From positions 1 through 64,000 of the IMG/VR virus record IMGVR_UViG_3300021594_000960: a stretch of DNA of 64,000 bases. The stretch is one strand, 5' to 3'. Origin of the DNA: a virus. Positions 46,606 through 56,545 of this stretch are shown piece after piece; within the stretch, counting starts at the first letter, position 1, and every line of letters begins with the position of its first letter. The translations under genes were made by a program, and so were the position numbers. The notes under the pieces were generated by a model. It worked only from the letters and a program-made list of their open reading frames with translations, was not told the DNA's origin and did no database searches.

Positions 46606-46794
46606 TTATTCGGGTTCTTTTTCCATCAGAATCCACAACATAAGATAGGTGAAAATAACTGGAAGTGGACTCCATATTGCAGCGAAACATAAAATTTTGA
46701 CCAATAGTGGTTCAATTTCAAAATAATTGGCAAGACCTGTACATACGCCAGCCAATGTTCCATTTTTACTTCTGTATAATTTTTTCTTTTCCAT
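46606..46794 (-). CDS. PspC-domain membrane protein
   Basis: KLYRSK...LAGVCTGLANYF.I...YLMLWILM. Confidence 0.85.
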   Translation of the reverse strand: MEKKKLYRSKNGTLAGVCTGLANYFEIEPLLVKILCFAAIWSPLPVIFTYLMLWILMEKEPE

Positions 46795-46799
46795 AGTTC

Positions 46800-46890
46800 A
46801 AAAAAAAGTGGTCAGGGACTGATGGGATGCTATACCTCGGAGTCGACTTCTTTTCACCGCTGCAGTCAGTTACATCAGTATGACCACCAC
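46800..46890 (-). ncRNA. candidate rod/hairpin small RNA
   Basis: GTGGTCA/TGACCAC and ACTGATG/CATCAGT helices followed by U-tract. Confidence 0.5.
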
Positions 46891-47027
46891 TCGTTAAAAT
46901 GTAACATTATCGCCAGGTTCCCATTCTTCTTCTTCCTTGGGAATATTTGGGTCAAGTTCTACCTCAACATTCAAAAAAAACGACATGAATTTTAACGTTT
47001 TATTATTTTTTCAAATATAATACAATT

Positions 47028-47219
47028 TTAAGTATTCTCAAAATTGATTTTGTTCATTTCTTCGATTGATAATCTTTCCATCTTCCATTCTAACCACACA
47101 TTCATATCTTTGAGTTGTTCCAAAGTGTTTTCATGAATTAAAATAAAACCTTCGGGTGCCACACCATCAAACTTTGAAATTGTACCACGTTCTTGAAGGA
47201 TTTTTTTGATATCAACCAT
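47028..47219 (-). CDS. hypothetical protein
   Basis: 63 aa. Confidence 0.55.
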   Translation of the reverse strand: MVDIKKILQERGTISKFDGVAPEGFILIHENTLEQLKDMNVWLEWKMERLSIEEMNKINFENT

Positions 47220-47237
47220 AAAACAAATGTAAAAAAA

Positions 47238-47864
47238 TTACTTTTCATAACCAAAAAGTTCGAATTGATTTTTCATAAAATTATAAATTAATTCTTTATT
47301 CCTTTCAGTCAAGAATTTTTCTTTTTCTACTTTGAATCTATTTTCGTTTATTTTTTTTTGTAGAATTTCTTGTAATACTCCTGATTTATTCAAATTCGAG
47401 TCTTTCACAAATGGAATTTTCATATAATCATCATAAAGGTTCTCTAAATGAATTATATAAGTTGGATTGATGTCTTCAGGTATTATGTACATTGGGTTCA
47501 ATTTTTCAATTGATATAGTTACGTGATTATAAAAATCTTCAGGTGTGGGGGGTTCTTGTTTTGTCCAAGTAAATAAAAATCTCGATAAGAACCTATCATA
47601 AGGGTTTCTTATGGTCATTATTATTTTGGGTTCATTTGTATTGGGTGGTAAATAAAAACTATGAACTGTTGATATAGCAGGATTGGCAAACTCAGTGTTC
47701 GTTTCTAAATTTCTTGTGTATGTTTGAAAATCAAAATAAGTGAATATCCAAGAAGCTGTTACGGTTCCAGACTTCATTGGTAGTATCAAATAAAAATCAA
47801 AAGTTTTTGAATATATATAATTTTCCCACCTCATATTTATATCTATATAATTTTCCCCCCTCAT
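47238..47864 (-). CDS. sulfotransferase family 2-like protein
   Basis: PMKSGTVT, IRNPYDRFLS, FELFGY; paralog of 38546-39148. Confidence 0.7.
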   Translation of the reverse strand: MRGENYIDINMRWENYIYSKTFDFYLILPMKSGTVTASWIFTYFDFQTYTRNLETNTEFANPAISTVHSFYLPPNTNEPKIIMTIRNPYDRFLSRFLFTWTKQEPPTPEDFYNHVTISIEKLNPMYIIPEDINPTYIIHLENLYDDYMKIPFVKDSNLNKSGVLQEILQKKINENRFKVEKEKFLTERNKELIYNFMKNQFELFGYEK

Positions 47865-47884
47865 ATTTATATCTATATAATTTT
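47814..47884. repeat. 30-bp tandem duplication (about 2.3 copies)
   Basis: TTTTCCC(A/C)CCTCATATTTATATCTATATAA twice. Confidence 0.85.
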
Positions 47885-47923
47885 AGTCGAAAGACATAAA
47901 TTTTAAACCCAAATATATGGACG

Positions 47924-48148
47924 ATGCAAATAAACAGGGAAACGTGGCAGAAAACTCTAAAAGAAAATCTGTCTCAAATATTTTTAATGTTGGCTCTGTT
48001 CTTCAATCCGTTTGGATTCGATGCCGTTCAATATTCCCTAATACTTTGGACAGGAAGTTTATGGAAAGCGAACTTCGTTTTGTATTGTATTGCGGGGCTT
48101 TTCTTTGGTTTATATATATACTTTCGAAGATTATCTAAAGTGCCTTGA
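47924..48148 (+). CDS. small two-TM membrane protein
   Basis: 74 aa; ALFFNPFGFDA. Confidence 0.6.
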   Translation: MQINRETWQKTLKENLSQIFLMLALFFNPFGFDAVQYSLILWTGSLWKANFVLYCIAGLFFGLYIYFRRLSKVP

Positions 48149-49613
48149 GCTTCCCCTCTTTGAAGGCATTGAAGTTTGGACCTTTTATTAAAAGGAAATC
48201 TTTTCCAACTTTTCTATAACCTAAAATTCCTGCGTTTTTTGCAGCCGCGAAGAATGACGAGTGTTGACCTCTCAAATCACGAGGTTTCATTACAAATCCG
48301 TCTTTAGTTCTTTTGTACATTGTCTTACCATCTTTAGTAATTTTGTTTAAAAATCCTATATCTGTAAGGAAATCAAGTTTTGTTCCTATTTTACCTGATT
48401 CTAAGAACTTCACAAGTTTTTCAATCCAACCTTTTTTCCTACCAAAAGTGTAACCATACGATGGTCTAAAAAAACTTGATGTACCAACAATCTTTTCTCT
48501 GAGTTTGGTACTTTTTTTAACTTCATCTAAACACCTACTCGAAATGTAAGACCTAACTCCCTCTGCAGTGCTTCCTATTGTGTCCATTATTTTAAACTTT
48601 ACATCAATTCCAAAATTTTCCAAACCCAAATCGATAAAATAGTCTTCCTCGATGTGATTGTCTAAACCCATGAAACCAATACTCGCTTCAAAATATTCTT
48701 TATTAGTTGACTTGAAAGTTACAAAAACCTGATATTCGTCAATCAGAACGTTATCCAATACTACAGCCAAACTTGCTTCAGTGTGGCCTGGTCCCAAATC
48801 GTTTATACCTTGAAAACCCTCAATAACTACACTTAATTCTGATTCAGTTCCAAATAGTTTTTTATCACTTCTTTTTGTTACACCGAATGAATTGAAAATT
48901 TCATTTAAACGTTTTTCTTCAGCTGAGACTTTAAAAGTTTTATAATTTTCTTCTATGGCATCTATAATCTCAGGAAATGCGTATTTGAATATTGCGATTT
49001 CTCTTTCTCCCATCGGAGAATCTTTGGAATCCCAAAATTTGGGATAACCTGAATTATCAAAATGAATTGCAACTTTCGAATAATCTTTGTCTGTTGAATT
49101 AGCTTTATTGATTATGTAATACAAAGCCTGACTTCCTGACGTGTAACGCTGAAAATGGTCAGGTGATTGAGCTGTGGTACACCATTTAGTGTTGGAACCG
49201 TACTTACAAGACGCACCGTGAGATTTCGGTAAAACAACCAAAAATTTATCGTCCTCGTAAACTTTTTCTACCTGATTTTCTGATTCCTTTTTTTTCTTTT
49301 TTTCTCTGATGTATAGAATAACTTTCTCAAGTTCATTTAAAGACACGTATTGATTTATATCTTTTTTCGGAAGTTGAGATTGGTATTTGTCGAAATCCTT
49401 TATTAAATCAACTAGTTTTTCTAATTCGAAAGTGTCTAGTTCTCCATCACCGTCTGTATTTTTTAATACAAAGTCAGTGTATTTGTGGTTGAAATCTTGT
49501 AAATCGGAAATGTTAAGAATAAACTCTAAATCCTCTTCATTGAATTTAGTTGAATATTTTTTTCTTAAATCTTCTTTACGACCTTCCTTTAATAAAATTG
49601 AGAAAAACTTCAT
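48135..49613 (-). CDS. hypothetical phage protein (YG..T.WCTT family)
   Basis: ASCKYGSNTKWCTT; N-terminal LLKEGRKEDL. Confidence 0.75.
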   Translation of the reverse strand: MKFFSILLKEGRKEDLRKKYSTKFNEEDLEFILNISDLQDFNHKYTDFVLKNTDGDGELDTFELEKLVDLIKDFDKYQSQLPKKDINQYVSLNELEKVILYIREKKKKKESENQVEKVYEDDKFLVVLPKSHGASCKYGSNTKWCTTAQSPDHFQRYTSGSQALYYIINKANSTDKDYSKVAIHFDNSGYPKFWDSKDSPMGEREIAIFKYAFPEIIDAIEENYKTFKVSAEEKRLNEIFNSFGVTKRSDKKLFGTESELSVVIEGFQGINDLGPGHTEASLAVVLDNVLIDEYQVFVTFKSTNKEYFEASIGFMGLDNHIEEDYFIDLGLENFGIDVKFKIMDTIGSTAEGVRSYISSRCLDEVKKSTKLREKIVGTSSFFRPSYGYTFGRKKGWIEKLVKFLESGKIGTKLDFLTDIGFLNKITKDGKTMYKRTKDGFVMKPRDLRGQHSSFFAAAKNAGILGYRKVGKDFLLIKGPNFNAFKEGKLKAL

Positions 49614-49629
49614 ATGGTATAAATACCAA

Positions 49630-49980
49630 TTATTTCCAAAACAACTGAATAAGTAAGATGGTCAAACTTAGGACCAAACAAACAATTGTTTTGAGAGACA
49701 AAGGCTCTTTCAACATAATCCAAGCCATAATTGAAAAAATCAAAACACCGATAGAAAACCCAATAATACGATTTGGCCAGGTTTGACCATCATATAGGTG
49801 TACCATTTCTCTACTTGCAAGAATTACAAAATAACCAATTGGTACTCCAATTAAAGACATTAAAAAAGGATGGTCTTTAATCCATTTATTCCACAAATGA
49901 CCTTGTAGTTGATAGAAAGTGAAAATCTGTGAAAGTATGTATACTGAAAATATAAAAAATATGGAACCTAATTTACTCAT
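49630..49980 (-). CDS. four-TM membrane protein (SMR/EamA-like)
   Basis: four hydrophobic helices; LKEPLS near the C-terminus. Confidence 0.6.
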   Translation of the reverse strand: MSKLGSIFFIFSVYILSQIFTFYQLQGHLWNKWIKDHPFLMSLIGVPIGYFVILASREMVHLYDGQTWPNRIIGFSIGVLIFSIMAWIMLKEPLSLKTIVCLVLSLTILLIQLFWK

Positions 49981-50058
49981 GTCTAAATTATAATAAAAAT
50001 TAAGTAAATAAAAAACCCCCATCCGAAGATGAGGGTTAATTAATTTTATTGATAGAAA

Positions 50059-53000
50059 TTATCTACCGAAAATATATCTCAATCCGAGTTGAGCTTGCCA
50101 AACATCAAATACAGATGTGTTCCACTGATAAGTGTCTCTGATAAGACCTACAGTAGTTGTACCATTTGCATTTAACACTGGTTGCGTTGATAATCTGTAA
50201 ACAGGTTCACCTGCTGTGTTAGTTGATGAGTAACTGAGAATTGCTGGGTTTGTAGCTCTTTGAGATACACCCCAATCAGAGTTAACCATATTACCAAAGT
50301 TTAAGATATCCAATCTAAGTTGGAATGTGTTTCTTTGACCTTTGATATCTACAAAGAAATCTTGTTGTATGGAGATATCAAATCTGTGTAACATAGGGAT
50401 TACTGAAGCGTTCCTTTCAGCGTATTGACCTCTTCTTGTTGAAAGATATTTGTCTTGGTCAATGTAAGCATCGAATGCCGCTTGTTGTTGTGCTTCAGTG
50501 AAAGTTACACCACCTGAAGTGAATGAAGCAAATCTGATGTCTGTAGCTTTGTTAGGAACAAAGATAAGTTCATTGTTGTTTACTCTATCACCGTTAAGGT
50601 CACCTGCTACGAAGTAGCTGAAAGGATTACCTTGTTGACCTACATAACCTAAAGTGATTGTTGTTGCACCAGCACCTTTCTTAGCACCATTTTCTAACTT
50701 ATATCCTACAAGTCCTACGACTCTGTTTGGAATCCAGTTATCCGCGAAAGCTAATGGTAAATCATTATTACCGTTAATAGCTCTTGCTGACTGCCAAGAA
50801 CCTGAAGCAATTGAACCCGCACTCATATAATCTTTTGATAAAGATGTAGTCCAAGCTAAAGAACCCCAAAGTCCTTTTTGAGCTGGATATTTTAACTCAA
50901 AAGTTGCAGATGTATTATAAGCACCTTCTCTGTTAGTTAATACCGCACCCATTGATACGTTATCATTAACTCTAACTCCTGCGTCATTTCTTGCGAATAC
51001 CGCTCTTTTATCAGGACCGTTAAATGCACCTACAGGAGCATCTAAGTTTGAATTATAGTAATGAACTGCGTTAAGGAATCTGTTGTACATAAGTTCCACA
51101 GTACCTATAAAACCTAAAGGTAACTTTTTGTCTGCTGCTAAGTTTGTTTTCCATACTTGTGGAAATTTGTAATTAGGGTCTGTGAATGCTAAGTCAAATG
51201 TAGAAGGTAATGTTGGAGTCTGAGGGATGAAGTATTGATTAGGATTAGCAGTGAAACCGTAGTTTGCAGCTGCAGCACCCGATACATCAATAAATCCTGT
51301 TAGAACACCATTGTTACCTACTTGGTTAGAAACGAATACATATGGAGGTCTTCCTGTGAATACACCTGAACCACCTCTAACCTGTAAATCGTTTTTACCT
51401 TTGTGATTGTAATTGAAACCAATTCTTGGTTCGAACAATACTTGAGTCTTAGGAAGAACTCCTGTATTGAATTTTTCACCACCAGCAAAAGTCATTGCTG
51501 TTACTGCTTTGTTCTCTAAAGCTGTGTTTTCAAAACCGATAACAGCAACTCTAAGACCTCCTGTGATTTTCAAATTCTCATTGTGTTGATATTCATCTTG
51601 AGCATATAAGTCAAGACGTGAAGTTTTCAAAACTTGCATTGGTTCAATTCCACCAGGTAAAGCTGAGTAACGAAGTTGGAATCTTGCAGGTGCAAGAGTT
51701 GAAGGTCTTCCACCGTTAGCAATCGATTGATTTGCTGCTGTGTAGAAGTCATTAAGAGAATTGAAGATATAAACACCATTAGATGCAGGATAAAATAAGT
51801 TGTTAGAACGGTACTTTTCGAAGTTAACACCTGCTACTATTGTATGTTTGTCCAAAAATTTGGTCAAGTTATTAGTAACGTGGAATGTGTTGTAATCTAA
51901 CTTATTACCAGGTGTGAATGGGTCAAAACCTACTGAAGCGTATGTTGCAGTACCATTCATAATATCAATAGTTGGAAACATCTGTGAAAGATATCCTCTA
52001 TTTTCAATCTGAACATCATAACCAACAATCAAGTTGTTGTGTAATGTGTTTGAGAACTTGCTGTTGAGTTCTAATACAGAGGAACGAGTGTTATCTTGAA
52101 TAATATAACCACTGTTCTTGAAACTCATTGCATTGAACTGAGTAGTTCTGTTACCAGCACCTGCTGATTGTGAGTTTGAGATATTAATCTCAGCTGATGA
52201 GTTGTGGTGTACATAACGACCAGTCAATTTATGCTTGTCGTTTATGTTCCAATCCAATCTAACCAAGAATTTCTCAGAAGTGTTTGCGTTATTATAGTTT
52301 TCCCATGGACCTGTTTCATAGTTGAAATTTGTTCTCATGAAATCAGATAGAGTCTTCATATCTGAATAAAGTACTCTTGAGATTTGAGAACCTGCTAAAG
52401 GTGAACCTTGAGAAATCCAAGTAGTTCCTGGTTCGGTTTTCTCCAAACTTTCGTAGTTACCAAAAATGAATAATTTGTTTTTGATAATCGGAGCACCTAA
52501 TCTGAAACCTCTGATTGACTCTTCAAATTTTGAAGCAGTCACTGTTGTTCCTTTAGCGTTGTTACCTACGTAACGTTGATTGTCTCTGTTGAACTGATAA
52601 TAAGAACCTTCAACTTTGTTTGAACCACTTCTTGTAACTGCGTTGATACCAGCACCAACGAAACCACTTTGACGGATGTCGAAAGGAGCTACGTTGATTT
52701 GAAGTTGGTCAATCGCATCCAAGGAAATAGCACTTGAACCTGTTCTACCACCCGCTTGAGCTGAAGAACCAAGTCCAAAACCATTATTAAACTGAGAACC
52801 GTCGATAGTGAAATTGTTTAATCTACTATCCGCTCCACCGAACGAACGACCATCACCCATTGGATTGTACTTGGTGATTCCGTCGATTGTTCTCGCACCT
52901 GTAATGGGAACAGAAGTTAATTCTCTTCTACCAAACTGCTGAGACGCACCTGTTCTGTCGATACTAAAAGTGTTGTTTCTATTGAAACTAACAACAACTT

Positions 53001-53346
53001 CCTGTAGGGACTTGATATCTTCAATCAAAATAACCTCTAAAGTAGTTGTAATACCCAAAGAGGTGTTGATATCAGATAGTTCCTTCATTTTGTAACCCAC
53101 GAAAGATACATGGACTACGTAAGGACCACCAGGACGAACAGCGGGAATGGTAAAATTACCAACTTTGTTTGTGGATGCACGATATTCAGAACCCGTAGGT
53201 TGATGAACAACGTGAACCGATGCTCCCACTAAAGCATCTCCTTTTTCATTTTTCACAACACCAGACAGGGCAGATGTAGTTATTTGCCCGAAAGATGTTA
53301 GAGTCACTAACAAGGATAAAAGCGACGCGAAAATTGCTTTTTTCAT
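50059..53346 (-). CDS. TonB-dependent outer-membrane receptor (Oar-like)
   Basis: signal peptide, carboxypeptidase-regulatory-like N-domain, plug (NNFTIDG, PFDIRQSGFVGAGINAVTRSG), barrel ending QLGLRYIF. Confidence 0.92.
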   Translation of the reverse strand: MKKAIFASLLSLLVTLTSFGQITTSALSGVVKNEKGDALVGASVHVVHQPTGSEYRASTNKVGNFTIPAVRPGGPYVVHVSFVGYKMKELSDINTSLGITTTLEVILIEDIKSLQEVVVSFNRNNTFSIDRTGASQQFGRRELTSVPITGARTIDGITKYNPMGDGRSFGGADSRLNNFTIDGSQFNNGFGLGSSAQAGGRTGSSAISLDAIDQLQINVAPFDIRQSGFVGAGINAVTRSGSNKVEGSYYQFNRDNQRYVGNNAKGTTVTASKFEESIRGFRLGAPIIKNKLFIFGNYESLEKTEPGTTWISQGSPLAGSQISRVLYSDMKTLSDFMRTNFNYETGPWENYNNANTSEKFLVRLDWNINDKHKLTGRYVHHNSSAEINISNSQSAGAGNRTTQFNAMSFKNSGYIIQDNTRSSVLELNSKFSNTLHNNLIVGYDVQIENRGYLSQMFPTIDIMNGTATYASVGFDPFTPGNKLDYNTFHVTNNLTKFLDKHTIVAGVNFEKYRSNNLFYPASNGVYIFNSLNDFYTAANQSIANGGRPSTLAPARFQLRYSALPGGIEPMQVLKTSRLDLYAQDEYQHNENLKITGGLRVAVIGFENTALENKAVTAMTFAGGEKFNTGVLPKTQVLFEPRIGFNYNHKGKNDLQVRGGSGVFTGRPPYVFVSNQVGNNGVLTGFIDVSGAAAANYGFTANPNQYFIPQTPTLPSTFDLAFTDPNYKFPQVWKTNLAADKKLPLGFIGTVELMYNRFLNAVHYYNSNLDAPVGAFNGPDKRAVFARNDAGVRVNDNVSMGAVLTNREGAYNTSATFELKYPAQKGLWGSLAWTTSLSKDYMSAGSIASGSWQSARAINGNNDLPLAFADNWIPNRVVGLVGYKLENGAKKGAGATTITLGYVGQQGNPFSYFVAGDLNGDRVNNNELIFVPNKATDIRFASFTSGGVTFTEAQQQAAFDAYIDQDKYLSTRRGQYAERNASVIPMLHRFDISIQQDFFVDIKGQRNTFQLRLDILNFGNMVNSDWGVSQRATNPAILSYSSTNTAGEPVYRLSTQPVLNANGTTTVGLIRDTYQWNTSVFDVWQAQLGLRYIFGR

Positions 53347-53365
53347 GTTTTTTTTGTTTATTGGT

Positions 53366-53468
53366 TTATAAATAAAAAAATCCCGTGGGTATAAGCCGAC
53401 GGGACTTTGCTATTCGCGAAGTTAAGTTCGTGTACAGGTAATAAAAATTTTTCATAAAATTCCTCTCC
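53366..53468 (-). promoter_or_regulatory. SD-led 29-aa uORF (53366-53455) running through a terminator-like hairpin upstream of the receptor
   Basis: GGAGAGGA 5 nt before ATG; MKNFYYLYTNLTSRIAKSRRLIPTGFFYL; TCCCGT/ACGGGA stem plus T7. Confidence 0.5.
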
Positions 53469-53568
53469 AAAAAATAAGTATTCATAGACTCACACAAAAC
53501 TTTAAAAGTATATTAAGAAATCTTTGAGAAGTCAAACAAAAAACCCCAAGTTAGACTTGGGGTTAATC

Positions 53569-53961
53569 TGGTGGAGAAGACGGGATTCGAACCCGTGTCT
53601 TGTTCGCGATAACTATAAATGACTACACGTTTATTACAACATTGTTTCTCAATGTTCCGAAATATTAGGTTTGATATTTGTGAGAACCCCACCTACAAAC
53701 AACTTGGTCTCAGAATTATTTTAAACGAGCTCTGACCTGTGACCCGTAAATTGGACTTCTGTTCCTAGGTTAATGTCCTAACCGACCCGAGTAGTTGTGT
53801 CTTAATTAAGCAACAACTGTAGCTTCTTCAGCGATTAAACCGATAGCAGCCATTTTAGCAAAAGTATTGCCGTTTGTGTTTCAAATCAGTTTTTAAGGAG
53901 TTAATTCAGCTCCTACGTGCCACTTATACCTACACACGCCAATCAATGCCATGTCTTCCCC
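53569..53961 (-). ncRNA. ssrA: tmRNA
   Basis: GGGGAAG/CTTCTCC-A-CCA acceptor with G3-U70, GGTTCGAATCC T-arm, 393 nt, tag frame 53871-53806 GNTFAKMAAIGLIAEEATVVA*. Confidence 0.93.
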
Positions 53962-54033
53962 AATAATTTCAATGAACAAAGCAAATATAGGTATAAATAT
54001 TCTATTTCCAAACCTAACTTCTATTTATTTAAT

Positions 54034-55077
54034 ATGGAATTAGGTGACTCGTTTTATGGTTTAAGAAATTTCGTTAAGGGTAGAATATCCAAATATGAAT
54101 TGGAGGGTATTGACCCTGCAATTGATAGAATCATCTTGAATTCTACAAACCCTGCACAATCCACTGTAATACTTGACTTCGAATCATTTGAAAAATTAGG
54201 TAAATTGATAGGATTGAGTGACGATGATATTTGGTTTTATCAAATGGTTACATCACCATACCAACGATATGAGGCGTATGATTTCTACACGGCTGACGAT
54301 GATTGGAAACAAGGTTATGGTGCTTGGTATGATATTAGTGATGAAAATATGGAGTTGATGGAAAAAATTGCGAAATATTACTTCAATACCGTAATTGATT
54401 GGAATGATAATGATAGTATGGGAGAGTTTGGTGCAAAATTGGACAAATTTTTCCCAAAAAGTGTTACTAGTATTGTTCAAGATTGGACACATGAAAAAAA
54501 CCGAGAAATGAATTATGTCGCACGTGAACATGTAGAAAAAGAACTCGACAATTTTTTGAAAAATTTTGGATTGGATTTATATGGCGGAGACAAAATAAAA
54601 AGCACTGTGGCTGATTTAATTTCATTGTATCTACAATTCGGAGTACCCCACCTTTCTTTAACAAAACTTTTTAAGGAAGTTTTTAAGGGCTCGGATAGAA
54701 CGATAGGTGGTTGGGACGAAGATAGGTACGAATATCAAGATGATGAACATTTTGATAAAACCTCTTATAATAGAACGGTGGAAAAAGAATTAGAAGATAT
54801 ACTTGAGGAACTTGAAGAAAAGGAGGATGGGAACTCACTTCAAGACTTTGTAAAAATGGTTGATAAAGTATCAAACAAATATAAAATAAATGTTTGGTAT
54901 GATTTACCCAAAGATGATAAGGTTATTTTTAAGATTAGAGGGTTTGATAGAAAAGATGGAAAAATTGATGTAAGTTTGAAAAGAAGGGGAACTAATGATT
55001 TCAAAGATTTTGCTGTTACAGAAGAAACTTTTTACAGATTACTATACCAACCAGAATTATTTCGTTTGGAATTTTGA
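54034..55077 (+). CDS. hypothetical acidic protein
   Basis: ATG after TATTTAT; the upstream extension in the ORF track overlaps the tmRNA. Confidence 0.75.
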   Translation: MELGDSFYGLRNFVKGRISKYELEGIDPAIDRIILNSTNPAQSTVILDFESFEKLGKLIGLSDDDIWFYQMVTSPYQRYEAYDFYTADDDWKQGYGAWYDISDENMELMEKIAKYYFNTVIDWNDNDSMGEFGAKLDKFFPKSVTSIVQDWTHEKNREMNYVAREHVEKELDNFLKNFGLDLYGGDKIKSTVADLISLYLQFGVPHLSLTKLFKEVFKGSDRTIGGWDEDRYEYQDDEHFDKTSYNRTVEKELEDILEELEEKEDGNSLQDFVKMVDKVSNKYKINVWYDLPKDDKVIFKIRGFDRKDGKIDVSLKRRGTNDFKDFAVTEETFYRLLYQPELFRLEF

Positions 55078-55100
55078 GGAATAATTCGTACTTTTGTTTA

Positions 55101-55940
55101 ATGACTAAAAATATAGAATTACTAAAACAAGTTTTGAGTATCCCAACTAAGACTTACAAAGAGGATATGATGATTTCATATCTTTCTAAATGGTTGGCTG
55201 CTAATAATATTGAATTTTATTTAGACGATAAAAGAAATATCTACGCAACAAAAAAACCCCAAGGAGAATTACCAAAAGATTTTTATTTTCCTTGTGTAAT
55301 CTCACACACAGACACCGTTCATAGTTTGGATGTTATCAATGTTATTGAAGAACAACTCCCGAATGCACAAGACGAATTGAAATTATCTCTCAAAGGTTAT
55401 AATGACTTAGGAAGACCTACAGGTATTGGTGGTGACGACAAATGTGGAGTTTTTGCTTGTATGACCTTACTTCGTGAATTGCCTTATCTCAAAGCGGCGT
55501 TCTTTGTTTCTGAGGAAACAGGATGCCACGGTTCTCGTAGTGCAGACCCAAAGTTTTTTGAGAACGTGGGTTATGGGATTCAGTTCGATGCCCCTGAAAA
55601 TTGGATGATTACTGAGAAATGTTTTGGTCAAGTTTTATTTGACCGTGATTCTGAATTTTTTAAATCTTGTGATGAAGTTTTAACTGAAGGTATGGTGAAA
55701 GAAAACATGCAATATATGGTACATCCATATACTGATGTTTATGCTTTGAGAGGTAAGTTCGATTTTTCTTGTATCAATTTTTCAATTGGATACTACAACT
55801 ATCACACAGCTAATGAATATGTTGTTGTCGATGACGTTTTCAACGGAATTGAAATGGGGAGAAAAATGATTGAAAAATTAGGGTATAATCTACACTATAA
55901 AAAGTCACAAGATTATGTTCAAAGGTCTTATATTTTTTAA
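55101..55940 (+). CDS. M20/M28-type zinc peptidase-like protein
   Basis: SHTDTV, IGGDDKCG, SEETGCHGS, NYHTANE. Confidence 0.8.
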   Translation: MTKNIELLKQVLSIPTKTYKEDMMISYLSKWLAANNIEFYLDDKRNIYATKKPQGELPKDFYFPCVISHTDTVHSLDVINVIEEQLPNAQDELKLSLKGYNDLGRPTGIGGDDKCGVFACMTLLRELPYLKAAFFVSEETGCHGSRSADPKFFENVGYGIQFDAPENWMITEKCFGQVLFDRDSEFFKSCDEVLTEGMVKENMQYMVHPYTDVYALRGKFDFSCINFSIGYYNYHTANEYVVVDDVFNGIEMGRKMIEKLGYNLHYKKSQDYVQRSYIF

Positions 55941-56545
55941 ATAAAGTCTTCTAACTGACTTATATATTTTTTAACCATCGGGTGGTCTTGTATATCATTA
56001 TATCTGACCCCCGATTTTTTCATTTCTTTCACTTGATTCATAATTTGTGAAAGTTGAAATATAACACCCTGAGACATCATTGGGTAATTTTCTATATAAC
56101 TTGAAAGTCTGAATTGTTGTTTTGCAAATTCTATGGGGATATCTAATTTGATGATTAGTTTTGCCACCATGTTTTTAGCGAATTGGTCTGCATCCAATTC
56201 CATTTCCCAATAGTGTTCATATAATTTTTCCAAATTATCCAAATCGAAATCCGTGAATGGATTTGGCATTTTAATGTCTCTGACTTGTTGGTCGTGCCTG
56301 ATTTCGTGGAAAATTGTATATAAAAAATCACCAATAGTTCTCATGTTCATTGGTGAACAAATTATAACTTGGTCTCTTGTCCTTACACCTGAGAAACCCG
56401 TTGAACATGAATTTAGAAACTTTACATTAACCTTATGTTTTTTGATGTAATTTTTTATAAAGGTTTCAATTACATCAACCTTAGATTTATATTGGTTCGG
56501 AAAATTTTCTTTGAAGTGATTTAAAAGTCTTGAGAGATTACTCAT
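55937..56545 (-). CDS. zincin-like HExxH protein
   Basis: IFHEIRH...ELDADQFA. Confidence 0.6.
   Translation of the reverse strand: MSNLSRLLNHFKENFPNQYKSKVDVIETFIKNYIKKHKVNVKFLNSCSTGFSGVRTRDQVIICSPMNMRTIGDFLYTIFHEIRHDQQVRDIKMPNPFTDFDLDNLEKLYEHYWEMELDADQFAKNMVAKLIIKLDIPIEFAKQQFRLSSYIENYPMMSQGVIFQLSQIMNQVKEMKKSGVRYNDIQDHPMVKKYISQLEDFI

Noticed and set aside
53917-54033. N-terminal extension of ORF 53917-55077
   Set aside because: It overlaps the tmRNA 5' end on the other strand; a better ATG follows the TATTTAT motif at 54034.
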